Below are positions 30,516 through 40,793 of a stretch of DNA of 64,000 nucleotides, piece by piece. A program made the position numbers and the translations under genes. The stretch comes from Zoogloeaceae bacterium. Lineage in GTDB: Bacteria > Pseudomonadota > Gammaproteobacteria > Burkholderiales > Rhodocyclaceae. The notes below the pieces were generated by a model, which worked only from the letters and a program-made list of their open reading frames with translations, had not been told where the DNA came from and ran no database searches. How positions within the stretch are numbered: the first letter of the stretch is position 1; each line of letters starts with the position of its first letter. The stretch is from contig JAEUNY010000179.1 of NCBI GenBank assembly GCA_016791005.1, positions 253-64,252 of the forward strand. The letters are read 5' to 3'.

Positions 30516-30547
30516 TTGACTCCGTACCTGGGTACGGAGATTAGACT
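30516..30547 (+). promoter_or_regulatory. MerR-type promoter/operator for copA
   Basis: TTGACT (-35), then a 19-20 nt spacer containing the perfect dyad CTCCGTACC-TG-GGTACGGAG, then TAGACT (-10). The dyad arms are the same as the mer operator arms TCCGTAC/GTACGGA. Confidence 0.8.
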
Positions 30548-30603
30548 CCAATCGACGCTTCCCCGCAGCCTGTTCGACGGGAAGCCCGAACCAGGAGACC
30601 GTG

Positions 30604-33006
30604 ATGAGTGAAACTGCCATCGACCCGCAATCAGATCTGGATCTGCCCATCACGGGGATGACGTGCGCCGCCTGCGCCACGCGGGTCGAGAAGGTCCTCA
30701 ATCGCTTGCCCGGCGTCGCGGCAACCGTCAATTTTGCCGCGGAGCGGGCGCGGGTTCGGCTGAACACCGTCGACACGGATCCAACGACGGTGGTGGCCGC
30801 GATCCGCAAGGCCGGGTTCGACGTCCCCGCCCTGGATCTGGACCTGGCCATCAGCGGCATGACCTGCGCCGCCTGCGCCACCCGGCTCGAGAAGGTGCTC
30901 AATCGTGTCCAGGGGGTGTCGGCGACGGTGAATTTCGCGACGGAGCACGCTCACCTTGCCCTGCAACCCGGTGCGGCCAGCCTTGACGAGGTGATCGGCG
31001 CCGTCGAGCGAGCCGGGTTTGGCGCCCAGGAGTCCGGGCTTGCCGGCCGGGAGCAGGAAAAAGCCCGCAAGGCGGCGGACTTCCGCGCCGAGCTGCGACG
31101 TTTCTGGATCTCGGTGGCCCTTACCTTGCCATTGCTGGCCCAGATGCCGGCCATGTTTTCGGGCGACTGGGGCGGGGGCCACCACGACCTGATCCCACGC
31201 TGGCTGCAGCTCGCCCTGGCGACGCCGGTGCAATTCTGGGTCGGGGCCCGCTTCTATCGCGGCGCCTGGTCGGCCCTGCGGGGCGGTGGGGCGAACATGG
31301 ATGTGCTGGTGGCCCTCGGCACGAGCATGGCCTATCTCTATAGCCTAGTGGTCACCCTGGCCGGCATGGCCCACGCCCATGTCTATTTCGAGGCATCGGC
31401 CAGCGTCATCACCCTGATCCTGATGGGCAAGCTCCTGGAGGCCCGGGCCAAGGCCCGCACCTCCGCCGCGATCGAGGCTTTGCTGAGTCTGGCGCCGAAG
31501 GTGGCCCGGGTCGAAAAGGATGGTCAGGTGATCGAAGTCCCGGTGGACAGCCTCAAGGTGGGAGACCGCTTCCTCTTGCGGCCCGGCGACGCGGTGCCGG
31601 TGGACGGGGTGATCGAATCCGGCGAATCCGGCGTGGATGAGGCGATGCTCACCGGCGAGAGTCTGCCGGTGGAAAAGCGATCGGGCGACAAGGTCTTTGC
31701 CGCGACGGTGAATGGCGCCGGCGTGCTCCGCTGCCGAGCGACCGGAGTCGGGCGCCAGACGCTCCTGGCCGGGATCGTGCGGATGGTGGAAGCCGCCCAG
31801 GGCTCAAAGGCCCCGGTGCAGCGCCTGGCGGATCGCATTTCGGCCGTCTTCGTCCCGGTGGTGGTGGCGATTGCCTTGGTCACCTTCCTTGGTTGGTGGC
31901 TGTGGGCGGGGGATTTTGCCCAGGCCCTCATCAATGCCGTGGCGGTTCTGGTGATCGCCTGCCCCTGCGCCCTGGGATTGGCGACGCCGACGGCGGTGAT
32001 GGTGGGGACGGGGCAGGGCGCCCGGGCCGGCATTTTGGTGAAGAACGCCGAAGCACTGGAACTCGCCGAGCGGGTGGAGGTGCTGGCGGTGGACAAGACG
32101 GGCACCCTCACCGAGGGCAAGCCCCGGGTCCAGACCGTGGTCCCCCTGTCCGGTTTCGCCGAAGGGGAGGTGCTGCGGCTGGCCGCAGCCCTGGAGGCCA
32201 CCAGCGCCCACCCCGTGGCCGCCGCTGTGGTCGCTCATGCGGCGGTGGCCGGCCCGCTTCCCGCCGCCCAGGATGTTCAGGCCGTGGCCGGCAAAGGGGT
32301 GCGTGGCCGGGTCGAAGGACGTGCGGTGGCGCTGGGTTCCCCCGCCTTCCTGGCTGAGGAGGGTTGTGTCTTCGATGCTGAGACGGTTTCTAAGCTGGCG
32401 TCGGCAGGCCAATCCCTGGTCGCGGTCGGGGTGGATGGCCAGGCGGCGGGTTTGATCGGCGTGGCCGATAGCCTGCGGCCGGATTCCCCGGCGGTGGTGG
32501 CACGGCTGCGGGCCGCGGGGGTGCGGGTGGTGATGCTCACCGGGGATCATCCCGCCACCGCGGCGGCGATCGCGGCCGCTGCGGGTATTACAGACTTTGA
32601 TGCCGGAGTTCTGCCCGGGGACAAGGCAGCGGCCGTGGCGGCGCTGCGCAAGGAGGGTGCCCGCGTGGGAATGGCCGGCGACGGCATCAACGACGCCCCC
32701 GCCCTGGCGGCGGCGGATGTGTCGTTTGCAATGGGTAGCGGGTCCGACGTGGCGGTGGAGGCGGCGGACATCACCCTCGTCAAGGGGAGCCTCGCCGGTG
32801 TGGTGGATGCCATCGGCCTTTCCCGGGCGACCCTGGCCAAGATCCGCCAGAATCTGTTCTTTGCCTTCATCTACAACGTGCTGGGCATTCCCCTGGCGGC
32901 CCTGGGCTACCTCAATCCGGTGATTGCCGGTGCGGCCATGGCCCTGAGTTCGGTGTCGGTGGTGTCCAATTCCCTGTTGTTGCGCCGTTGGCGGCCAGGG
33001 CGGTAA
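30604..33006 (+). CDS. copA: Cu(I)-translocating P1B ATPase with two N-terminal HMA domains
   Basis: Two [10 protein letters not shown](V/L)EKVLNR motifs, CPC, DKTGTLT and [13 protein letters not shown] lies 6 nt upstream of the ATG at 30604, and a GTG at 30601 is also possible. Confidence 0.95.
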   Translation: MSETAIDPQSDLDLPITGMTCAACATRVEKVLNRLPGVAATVNFAAERARVRLNTVDTDPTTVVAAIRKAGFDVPALDLDLAISGMTCAACATRLEKVLNRVQGVSATVNFATEHAHLALQPGAASLDEVIGAVERAGFGAQESGLAGREQEKARKAADFRAELRRFWISVALTLPLLAQMPAMFSGDWGGGHHDLIPRWLQLALATPVQFWVGARFYRGAWSALRGGGANMDVLVALGTSMAYLYSLVVTLAGMAHAHVYFEASASVITLILMGKLLEARAKARTSAAIEALLSLAPKVARVEKDGQVIEVPVDSLKVGDRFLLRPGDAVPVDGVIESGESGVDEAMLTGESLPVEKRSGDKVFAATVNGAGVLRCRATGVGRQTLLAGIVRMVEAAQGSKAPVQRLADRISAVFVPVVVAIALVTFLGWWLWAGDFAQALINAVAVLVIACPCALGLATPTAVMVGTGQGARAGILVKNAEALELAERVEVLAVDKTGTLTEGKPRVQTVVPLSGFAEGEVLRLAAALEATSAHPVAAAVVAHAAVAGPLPAAQDVQAVAGKGVRGRVEGRAVALGSPAFLAEEGCVFDAETVSKLASAGQSLVAVGVDGQAAGLIGVADSLRPDSPAVVARLRAAGVRVVMLTGDHPATAAAIAAAAGITDFDAGVLPGDKAAAVAALRKEGARVGMAGDGINDAPALAAADVSFAMGSGSDVAVEAADITLVKGSLAGVVDAIGLSRATLAKIRQNLFFAFIYNVLGIPLAALGYLNPVIAGAAMALSSVSVVSNSLLLRRWRPGR

Positions 33007-33026
33007 TTTGTGAAAGGAGTCATAAA

Positions 33027-33233
33027 ATGGAAAACGTAGTGATCAAACTAGGTGGGATGAGTTGTGGAGGTTGCGTCAGAAATGTCACTCAGGTCCTGAC
33101 GCAACTCCCCGGCGTGGCGGCGGCTCAGGTGTCGCTGGAGGCCGGTGAGGCCCGGGTGGAGTTCGATCCGGGCCAGGTCAGCCTCGCCGCGCTGCGCGAG
33201 GCGGTGGAGGGAGCGGGCTTCGACGCGGCCTGA
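33027..33233 (+). CDS. copZ: Heavy-metal-associated (CopZ-like) metallochaperone
   Basis: 68 aa with a GMSCGGCVRNV motif and the ferredoxin-like fold pattern. Confidence 0.88.
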   Translation: MENVVIKLGGMSCGGCVRNVTQVLTQLPGVAAAQVSLEAGEARVEFDPGQVSLAALREAVEGAGFDAA

Positions 33234-33301
33234 GAGGCAGGAAGTCAGGCCGCCGTCAGGACAATCCCTTATAATCCGCAAACTTTTTCAAGGGAGGGAG
33301 T

Positions 33302-33826
33302 ATGGGCTTCGATCAAGTCAAATCTGGCAAAGACCTGCCGAACGACATCAATGTCATCATTGAGATCTCCGCTCAGGGGGAGCCGATCAAATTCGAGGTG
33401 GATAAGGACAGCAGCTGCGTGTTCGTGGATCGCTTCATGGGCACCTCCATGCGCTATCCCTGCAACTACGGCTATGTGCCTCATACCGTGGCGGGCGACG
33501 GCGATCCGGTGGACGTGCTGGTGGTGACGCCCTTCGCGCTGGCGCCGGGAGTGGTGATCCGCTGTCGTCCGGTCGGGGTTCTCATGATGCAGGACGAGGG
33601 CGGCGAAGACGCGAAAGTGGTGGCGGTTCCCGTCTCCAAGCTCACGCCCCTGTACGACAACGTGAAGACGGCGGAAGATCTGCCCGAACTGCTGCGCAAG
33701 CAGATCGTGCACTTCTTTGAGCACTACAAGGACCTGGAAGCGGGCAAGTGGGTCAAGGTGCTGGGCTGGGGCTCCCTGGAGGATGCCCACAAGGAGATCG
33801 TCAACGGGGTCAATGCTGCAAAGTAA
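33302..33826 (+). CDS. ppa: Inorganic pyrophosphatase (family I)
   Basis: [21 protein letters not shown]...[23 protein letters not shown]. Confidence 0.96.
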   Translation: MGFDQVKSGKDLPNDINVIIEISAQGEPIKFEVDKDSSCVFVDRFMGTSMRYPCNYGYVPHTVAGDGDPVDVLVVTPFALAPGVVIRCRPVGVLMMQDEGGEDAKVVAVPVSKLTPLYDNVKTAEDLPELLRKQIVHFFEHYKDLEAGKWVKVLGWGSLEDAHKEIVNGVNAAK

Positions 33827-33846
33827 GGGCACGACTGCTTGACGCC

Positions 33847-33875
33847 AGGCCCGCTTCGGCGGGCCTTGTTTTTTC
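33847..33875 (+). terminator. Rho-independent terminator after ppa
   Basis: AGGCCCGC-TTCG-GCGGGCCT followed by TGTTTTTTCG. Confidence 0.8.
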
Positions 33876-33901
33876 GTGGGTGGCGGGTGGGGTCAGAATC
33901 G

Positions 33902-35128
33902 ATGCAGGAAGCGGCGGGAACGATAACGGACGGCAACGGCTGGTGGGGCGTGGTCCTGGCGGCGACGGTGGTCTTGCTGGTGACCACCGGGCTACGCCTG
34001 ACCCTGGGGCTTTTCGTGTCGCCCCTCAACAGCGCGACCGGCCTTGGGATCGTGACTATCAGCCTGGTGATGGCGGTGTCGCAACTGACCTGGGGCGTGG
34101 CCCAGCCGGTGTTCGGCGCCCTGGCCGATCGCTACGGCGCCCTCCGAGCCCTGGTGGTCGGGACTGTGATGCTCGCCCTGGGCCTGGCCGCAACCCCCTT
34201 CGCCCGTAGCGAGGCGACCCTGATGCTTTGCATCGGCGTCCTCATCGCGGCGGGGGCTGGGGCTGGAAGCTATTCGGTGGTGCTTGGCGCGACGGCCCGG
34301 GTCATTCCTCCCCATCGCCGAGGGTTCGTGTCCGGCTTCGTCAACGCAGGAGGCTCCTTCGGGCAATTTCTCTTCGCGCCCTTCCTGCAGGTCTTGATTG
34401 CCGGGTTTTCCTGGGTGCATGCGTTTTTTACCAGCGCGGTGATCGTCCTCGCAACGCTGCCCTTGGCGTGGAAAGTAGGCCGGGCGGCGCCGGCTCAGCC
34501 AGTGGCGGCGGCTGGGGAGGGCTTGCGCGCCCAACTGACCCAGGCCCTGGGGGATCGCAGTTACTGGTGCTTGCATGCCGGCTTCTTCACCTGCGGTTTC
34601 CACATCGCCTTCCTGGTTACCCATCTGCCGGGGGAGGTGGGCCTGTGTGGCCTGCCGGCGTCGGTATCCGCCGCATCGCTGGCCATCATCGGCCTGGCCA
34701 ACATCGCGGGCTGCCTGGGGGCCGGCATGCTGTCCCAGCGCTATCGCATGAAGGGGCTGCTGGCGGCGATGTACGCTTCACGGGCGGCGCTGGTCGTCTT
34801 GTACCTGATGGCGCCGAAGACGGAATGGACCTTCTACTTCTTCGCCGCCGGTCTGGGGGTCACCTGGCTCGCCACGGTGCCGCCCACCGCCGGGCTGGTG
34901 GGCAAGCTTTTCGGCCTGCGCTATTTGTCGACCCTGTTTGGCCTGACCTTGCTGTCGCACCAGATCGGCGCCTTCTTCGGCGCCTGGCTGGGGGGCATCG
35001 CCCTGGCCCGCAGCGGTAATTACGATTGGATGTGGTACGCGGATATTGTCCTCGCTTTGGCAGCGGCGCTGGTCAATCTGCCGATCCGGGAGGCGCCGGT
35101 GATCCGCGCGACCAAGGCGGCGGCCTGA
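33902..35128 (+). CDS. MFS transporter
   Basis: About 12 TM segments and a GALADRYG loop motif. The start at 33902 is chosen because the ORF-track start at 33839 lies inside the ppa terminator. Confidence 0.8.
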   Translation: MQEAAGTITDGNGWWGVVLAATVVLLVTTGLRLTLGLFVSPLNSATGLGIVTISLVMAVSQLTWGVAQPVFGALADRYGALRALVVGTVMLALGLAATPFARSEATLMLCIGVLIAAGAGAGSYSVVLGATARVIPPHRRGFVSGFVNAGGSFGQFLFAPFLQVLIAGFSWVHAFFTSAVIVLATLPLAWKVGRAAPAQPVAAAGEGLRAQLTQALGDRSYWCLHAGFFTCGFHIAFLVTHLPGEVGLCGLPASVSAASLAIIGLANIAGCLGAGMLSQRYRMKGLLAAMYASRAALVVLYLMAPKTEWTFYFFAAGLGVTWLATVPPTAGLVGKLFGLRYLSTLFGLTLLSHQIGAFFGAWLGGIALARSGNYDWMWYADIVLALAAALVNLPIREAPVIRATKAAA

Positions 35129-35144
35129 GGGGCGGACCGCGGGC

Positions 35145-36356
35145 GTGAAGGAAAGCGTGTCTTCCACCGGGGCGGGTCTGCCCAGGGGCATCTGGGTCCT
35201 GGGCGGAGTCAGCCTGCTCATGGATATTTCGTCAGAGTTGATCCACGGGCTGCTGCCGATCTATCTCGTCACCGTTCTAGGCGCCAGCGCCCTGGTGGTC
35301 GGGGTGGTGGATGGCCTGGCGGAGGCCACGGCCCTCATCGTCAAGGTGTTCTCCGGTGTCGTGAGCGACTACTGGGGGCGGCGCAAGCCGCTGGCCTTGT
35401 TGGGCTATGCCCTGGGTGCTCTGGCCAAGCCCCTGTTCCCGCTTGCTGCGAGCCCGGCCTGGGTGCTGGTGGCGCGGCTGGTGGATAGGGTGGGGAAGGG
35501 CATCAGGGGCGCGCCCCGGGACGCCCTGGTGGCCGATCTGGCGCCCCCCGCCCTGCGGGGCGCCGCCTTTGGCCTGCGGCAATCCCTCGACACGGTGGGG
35601 GCCTTCCTGGGCCCGGTCCTGGCCGTGGGCTTCCTCACCCTCTGGCCGGATGACCTGCGCTCGGTATTCTGGGTTGCGGTGATTCCCGCCTGGCTGGCGG
35701 TGCTCCTCCTGGCGGTGGGCATCCGCGAGGCGCCGCGCTCGGTGGCGGCGCGGCGCGAGAATCCTCTGGCCGGCGGGCGTTGGCGCTCCCTTTCATCCGC
35801 CTATTGGGGCGTGGTGGCCTTTGGTGGGCTGTTCACTCTGGCTCGCTCCAGCGAGGCCTTCCTCATCCTGCGGGCCGGGGAGGGTGGGTTGCCCGTGAAT
35901 TGGGTGCCCCTGGTGTTGATCGTCATGAATGTCGCCTACGCCGCCACCGCCTACCCCGTGGGGCGCCTTTCGGACCGGATGGGGAGCCGCGGCCTGTTGG
36001 CGGTGGGGCTGGTCACGCTGATCGCCGCGGATCTCGCCCTGGCCGCCTGGCCAGCCGGATTCGGCCTCTGGCTTGGGATCGGCCTGTGGGGCGTGCATAT
36101 GGGCCTGACCCAGGGGCTCCTGGCCGCTCGGGTGGCCGAGGTTGCGCCGGTGGCCCTGCGGGCCACGGCCTTCGGCGTGTTCAATCTGGTGGCCGGCGTG
36201 GCGATTTTGGCCGCGAGTGTGCTCTCCGGCTGGATCTGGGAGGCTGCCGGGCCCGCCTATACCTTCCTGATGGGGGCGGGCCTGGCGGTATTGACGCTCC
36301 TGGCCTTGGCGCGCGGCGGGGGCGGGCCGCGACCGGCCGAAGGGGATCAGCCTTGA
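35145..36356 (+). CDS. MFS transporter
   Basis: About 12 TM segments and SDYWGRRKP (the MFS D-R-x-G-R-R-like motif). GTG start is uncertain, with 35157 as an alternative. Confidence 0.8.
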   Translation: MKESVSSTGAGLPRGIWVLGGVSLLMDISSELIHGLLPIYLVTVLGASALVVGVVDGLAEATALIVKVFSGVVSDYWGRRKPLALLGYALGALAKPLFPLAASPAWVLVARLVDRVGKGIRGAPRDALVADLAPPALRGAAFGLRQSLDTVGAFLGPVLAVGFLTLWPDDLRSVFWVAVIPAWLAVLLLAVGIREAPRSVAARRENPLAGGRWRSLSSAYWGVVAFGGLFTLARSSEAFLILRAGEGGLPVNWVPLVLIVMNVAYAATAYPVGRLSDRMGSRGLLAVGLVTLIAADLALAAWPAGFGLWLGIGLWGVHMGLTQGLLAARVAEVAPVALRATAFGVFNLVAGVAILAASVLSGWIWEAAGPAYTFLMGAGLAVLTLLALARGGGGPRPAEGDQP

Positions 36357-37555
36357 CGGAAGGGGGTGCGCTCGCCGAGTTCGTCCATCCACCCGGCGAC
36401 GCCCTCGCGCTCCCGGGCGAGATAGCGGGCCACCGCGTCGGCAAAGGCCGCCTCGCGCAGCCAGTGGGCGGACCAGGTGGCGACAGGCTGGAGGCCCCGG
36501 GCGAGCTTGTGTTCGCCCTGGGCGCCGCCTTCGAGGCGGTCGAGTCCAAGGCGGATGGCCTCCTCGATGGCGGCGTAGTAACAGGCTTCAAAATGCAGGC
36601 AGGGGACGTATTCGGTGGCGCCCCAGTAGCGGCCGTAGAGGGCGTCCGATCCCTGCAGGAACCACGCGGCGGCGATGGGCGCCCCACCCCGACTGACCCG
36701 CAGGAGGCGGACTGCATCCGGGGTCGCTTCCGCCAGCCGGTGGAAGAAGGCGCGGGTGAGGTAGGGCGTGGAGCGGTGGGCGGCGTAGGTCAGGGTGTAG
36801 CAGTGATGAAAAAAATCCCAGTCGTCGGCCTGGGCCGTGTGGCCGTCCAACCAGATAAATTCCAGCCCTTCCCTCGCCCGGCGGCGCTCCTGGCGGATCT
36901 TCTTCCGCTTGTCGTGATTGAGTTGGGCGAGGAAATCGTCGAAGCTTCGATATTGGGCGTTCTGCCAATGGAACTGGACGTTCTGGCGCAGGAGCAGTCC
37001 CTGTTCCTGCAGGCAGGGAAGTTCGGCGGGGTCCGGAAAGAGGAGATGGAAGGAGGCGAGGTCTTCGTCCCGCGCCGCGGCCAGCACCTGGTCCAGGAGC
37101 CGCGCGCGGTAGGCGTCGTCGCCGGCCAGCAGGCGGGGCCCGGGAAGGGGCGAAAAGGGGATTGCCGCCACCCATTTGGGGTAGTAGGCGAGGCCATGGC
37201 GGCGATAGGCGTCGGCCCAGGCCCAGTCGAAGACGTATTCGCCGTAGGAGTGAGTCTTGGCGTAGAGCGGCATGGCCGCCACCAACTCGCCGCCGGTCCA
37301 CAACGTGGCGTGGCGGGGCGTCCAGCCCGTGCCGGGTCCGACGCAGCCGGTGGTCTCCAGGCCCTGGAGGAAGGCGTGGCGGAGGGCCGGGTGGCCGCCG
37401 GTGAGGCGGTCCCAGGCCGGGGCCGGGATGTTGGCCAGGGATGGGACGAAGCGGAATTGCGGTGCGGACACGAGGGAAGGGTCGGGCGAGGTTGCCAATT
37501 TTTGAAGCAGCCCAGCCAGTGTACCGGGGAGCAAGCCGATTCCGGCTTTTTCCAC
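36347..37555 (-). CDS. FemAB-like/GNAT-fold protein (DUF482-type)
   Basis: MPLYAKTHSYGEYVFDWAWADAYRRHGLAYYPKW...RYWGA..LHFEACYY resembles the DUF482 family as I remember it. The exact start is uncertain. Confidence 0.7.
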   Translation of the reverse strand: MEKAGIGLLPGTLAGLLQKLATSPDPSLVSAPQFRFVPSLANIPAPAWDRLTGGHPALRHAFLQGLETTGCVGPGTGWTPRHATLWTGGELVAAMPLYAKTHSYGEYVFDWAWADAYRRHGLAYYPKWVAAIPFSPLPGPRLLAGDDAYRARLLDQVLAAARDEDLASFHLLFPDPAELPCLQEQGLLLRQNVQFHWQNAQYRSFDDFLAQLNHDKRKKIRQERRRAREGLEFIWLDGHTAQADDWDFFHHCYTLTYAAHRSTPYLTRAFFHRLAEATPDAVRLLRVSRGGAPIAAAWFLQGSDALYGRYWGATEYVPCLHFEACYYAAIEEAIRLGLDRLEGGAQGEHKLARGLQPVATWSAHWLREAAFADAVARYLAREREGVAGWMDELGERTPFRQG

Positions 37556-37641
37556 AACGTGTTCCCCAGGTTTGTTAACAGGGGATGGGGATATCCGGCA
37601 TGAGTCGGTCCCCGGCTTTTGCGTAGAAGGCGTAGTGATCG

Positions 37642-39264
37642 GTGATGAAGCAAGCGTTCAGAGTGGCAGTGGCCCAGATCAACGTGGTGGTGGGGGATCT
37701 GGAAGGCAACGGGCGCCGGATCCGCGAGGCCTTGGAGGCGGCCCGCGCCGCTGGGGCCGACCTGGTGGTGACGCCGGAATTGGGGCTGTGCGGATACCCC
37801 CCGGAGGATCTCCTCCTACGACCGGATTTCTATCGTGCCTGCGCGACGTCGCTGGACGAACTCAAGGCATGGACCCAGGGTATGACCCTGGTGGTGGGCT
37901 ATCCGGAGGCCTATGGGGACTTTCGCTACAACGCCGCCGCGGTGATCCGGGACGGCGCGGTGATCGCCCATTACCGCAAGCATCGCCTGCCCAACTACGA
38001 GGTCTTTGACGAAGAGCGCTACTTTGACCGCGGCACAGATGCCTGCGTGTTCCTTCACCGGGGGTGGCGGATCGGGGTGAATATTTGCGCAGACCTGTGG
38101 GAGCCGGAACCCCCGGCGGTGGCGCGGCGGGCTGGTGCCGAGGTGCTGCTGGCCCTCAACGCCTCGCCCTTCCACCTGGACAAGCAAACCCGTCGATGCG
38201 AGGTCCTGCGCGCCCGGGTGGCAGAGACCGGCATGCCGGTGCTCTACACCAACATGGTGGGCGGCCAGGATGAACTGGTCTTCGATGGCGCGTCCTTCGC
38301 CCTCGATGCCGATGGTGGCCTGGCCTACCAGACGGCGAATTTCGAGGAAAGGCTGGATCTGCTCACCTTCGATGGTCGGTGGCAAGGCGGCACCAAGGCC
38401 GCGCCAACCACCCCCGAGGCGGACGTGTATTCGGCGCTGCGGGTCGGCGTGCGGGACTACCTGGGCAAGAACGGCTTCCCCGGCGCCATCATCGGGCTGT
38501 CCGGCGGGATCGATTCCGCCCTGACCCTGGCGGTGGCGGTGGACGCCCTGGGGGCGGACCGGGTGCGGGCCGTGATGATGCCCTCGCCCTACACCGCCCA
38601 GATGAGCCTCGACGACTCCCGGGAGATGGTCCGCCGCCTGGGCGTGCGCTACGACGAGATCCCCATCGCACCGGCGATGGAAACCTTCGCCCAGCTTCTG
38701 GCGCCCCAGTTTGCCGGCCTGGCGGCTGACACCACCGAGGAAAACCTGCAATCCCGCATCCGGGGCATGATCCTGATGGCCCTGTCCAACAAGACCGGGT
38801 CCCTGGTGCTGACCACCGGCAACAAGAGTGAGATGGCCACCGGCTACGCTACCCTGTATGGCGACATGGCGGGGGGCTTCGCGGTGCTCAAGGACATCTA
38901 CAAGGTGCTGGTGTATCGCCTCTCGAACTGGCGCAACGCCCAGCCCGGCGGCGCAGTGATCCCGGCCAACATCATCGAGCGGCCCCCCTCCGCCGAGCTG
39001 AAGCCGGACCAGAAGGATCAGGATTCCCTGCCGCCCTACGAGGTGCTCGACGCCATCATCGAGGCCTACATGGAGCGGGACGAGTCGCCGCGCCAGATCA
39101 TCGCCCAGGGCTTCCCGGAGGCCGAGGTGCGGCGGGCGGTGGGCATGCTCAAACGCAATGAATACAAGCGTCGCCAAGCGCCGGTGGGGATCCGCGTCAC
39201 TGCACGGGGATTCGGCAAGGATTGGCGATATCCGATAACATCGCGGTATCGGGACGAATACTGA
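37642..39264 (+). CDS. nadE: Glutamine-dependent NAD+ synthetase
   Basis: N-terminal nitrilase/CN-hydrolase domain (ELGLCGYPPEDL) and a C-terminal synthetase domain with SGGIDSA. The start is GTG 37642 or ATG 37645. Confidence 0.94.
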   Translation: MMKQAFRVAVAQINVVVGDLEGNGRRIREALEAARAAGADLVVTPELGLCGYPPEDLLLRPDFYRACATSLDELKAWTQGMTLVVGYPEAYGDFRYNAAAVIRDGAVIAHYRKHRLPNYEVFDEERYFDRGTDACVFLHRGWRIGVNICADLWEPEPPAVARRAGAEVLLALNASPFHLDKQTRRCEVLRARVAETGMPVLYTNMVGGQDELVFDGASFALDADGGLAYQTANFEERLDLLTFDGRWQGGTKAAPTTPEADVYSALRVGVRDYLGKNGFPGAIIGLSGGIDSALTLAVAVDALGADRVRAVMMPSPYTAQMSLDDSREMVRRLGVRYDEIPIAPAMETFAQLLAPQFAGLAADTTEENLQSRIRGMILMALSNKTGSLVLTTGNKSEMATGYATLYGDMAGGFAVLKDIYKVLVYRLSNWRNAQPGGAVIPANIIERPPSAELKPDQKDQDSLPPYEVLDAIIEAYMERDESPRQIIAQGFPEAEVRRAVGMLKRNEYKRRQAPVGIRVTARGFGKDWRYPITSRYRDEY

Positions 39265-39322
39265 GGGATCCGCGTCAGCTGGCGCGTTCATCCCGGCACT
39301 TCAAGCAATCAAGGAGTCGTGA

Positions 39323-39661
<339 letters not shown>

Positions 39662-39676
39662 GCATCGCCCCAGCCC

Positions 39677-39710
39677 CACAAAAAAGCCCGCGTCAGCGGG
39701 CTTTTTTGTG
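39677..39710. terminator. Bidirectional rho-independent terminator between glnB and smr
   Basis: CACAAAAAAGCCCGC-GTCA-GCGGGCTTTTTTGTG, a perfect 15-bp stem flanked by A- and T-runs. The smr-like ORF stop codon (TGA, complement of 39693-39695) lies in the loop. Confidence 0.85.
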
Positions 39711-40757
39711 GGTGGAACCGGCTGGAGGGGGCGGCTTGCTCGGGCGCGGGGCGGCGCTCGGGGCCTTCAGGAGCACCAGCAGGGCGCCTTCCCCGCCGTC
39801 ATGGGGGCGGGCCTGGCAGAAGGCAAGAATCTCCGAGCGCTGCGCCAGCCAGCCCCGCGAGAGCTGCTTGAGGAGGCCCACGCCCCCCGGGGAGCCCAGC
39901 CCCTTGCCGTGAATCACCCGCAGGCAGCGGTGTCCCTGCTGAAGCTGGTGGGCGAGGAAACGGGAGAGGGCCTCCCGGGCGGCTTCCCGGTTGAGGCCGT
40001 GGAGGTCGATCTCCCCCTGAACCACCCAGCGCCCGCGCCGCAGGTCGATGAGCACCCGGCGGGGCAGGCCGGTCTGGAGGAAGGCGGCTTCGTCGCCCAT
40101 GTCGAGGCGGTCATCGAAACTGAGGGGCGTATGCAGGGCGTCGTGGAGGACGGCCCGCTCGTCCTGCTCGCGCTGCCGCGGCAGCGGCGCCGGCGCGGCG
40201 GGTTGCAGGTGCACCCGGTCCCCGGCGTCCAGGGCCTGGGCCCCCGCGACGGCGTGTCGAAAGAGCTGGCCGGCGTCGTTGGGGTCGATGTGGCTCGGCA
40301 ACTCCGATGGAAACGGCGCTTCGCCGCGGATTTCCCGGCCGGGGTCAGGGCGCGCCTTGGCCTTGGAGCCAGAGAGCTCCGCCCGCCCGGTGTCCCGCAG
40401 GGGGGCTACGCCCGACAGGGCCTCCCGCAGCAGCTCCGCCTCCGTAGCCGGAGCACGGCGGCGATGGGGAGCGGGCGCTTCGGCCTCGGCCTCCTTCGGC
40501 ACCCGAGGGCGTGGGACCGGCCGGGGCTTGGGGGTTTCCAGTTCCGCTCGGCCGGAATCCGCCAGCGGGCGGGCATCCCCGGCCGCCGCGCGAAAAAGCG
40601 CCGCCCCGTCGTCCTCGGGGGCCTCGTCTTCGGCACCGGTTTTGGGCGCCGGCTTGGGCGACGGACGGGCAGCCAGGCGCCGGCGCAATTCCGCCAGACC
40701 CGTCTTGGATTCATCCGTCTGGCCAGGGGCCGAAGGGGGAGCGATCTTCTTTTTCAT
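39693..40757 (-). CDS. Smr (MutS2-type small nuclease) domain protein with long Pro/Ala/Glu/Arg-rich N-terminal region
   Basis: C-terminal EIDLHGLNREAAREALSRFLAHQLQQGHRCLRVIHGKGLGSPGG is an Smr domain. The N-terminal roughly 230 aa are low complexity, so the true start is uncertain. Confidence 0.75.
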   Translation of the reverse strand: MKKKIAPPSAPGQTDESKTGLAELRRRLAARPSPKPAPKTGAEDEAPEDDGAALFRAAAGDARPLADSGRAELETPKPRPVPRPRVPKEAEAEAPAPHRRRAPATEAELLREALSGVAPLRDTGRAELSGSKAKARPDPGREIRGEAPFPSELPSHIDPNDAGQLFRHAVAGAQALDAGDRVHLQPAAPAPLPRQREQDERAVLHDALHTPLSFDDRLDMGDEAAFLQTGLPRRVLIDLRRGRWVVQGEIDLHGLNREAAREALSRFLAHQLQQGHRCLRVIHGKGLGSPGGVGLLKQLSRGWLAQRSEILAFCQARPHDGGEGALLVLLKAPSAAPRPSKPPPPAGSTHKKAR

Positions 40758-40793
40758 CGTCCGATTGGTGCGAAGCGGAAACCCCGGCGATGG

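Noticed and set aside
28111-30902. Minus-strand ORFs 28111-29364 and 29799-30902 antisense to hemN, the DsbD_2-like gene and merR/copA
   Set aside because: Their composition is Arg/Gly/Pro-rich with no recognisable domains. They overlap well-supported genes on the other strand.
35780-39291. ORFs 35780-37603 (+), 36790-37653 (-) and 37816-39291 (-), each more than 280 aa
   Set aside because: They are alternative or antisense frames of the MFS, DUF482-like and nadE genes. Low-complexity Arg/Gly/Pro/Ala composition marks them as GC-driven open frames.
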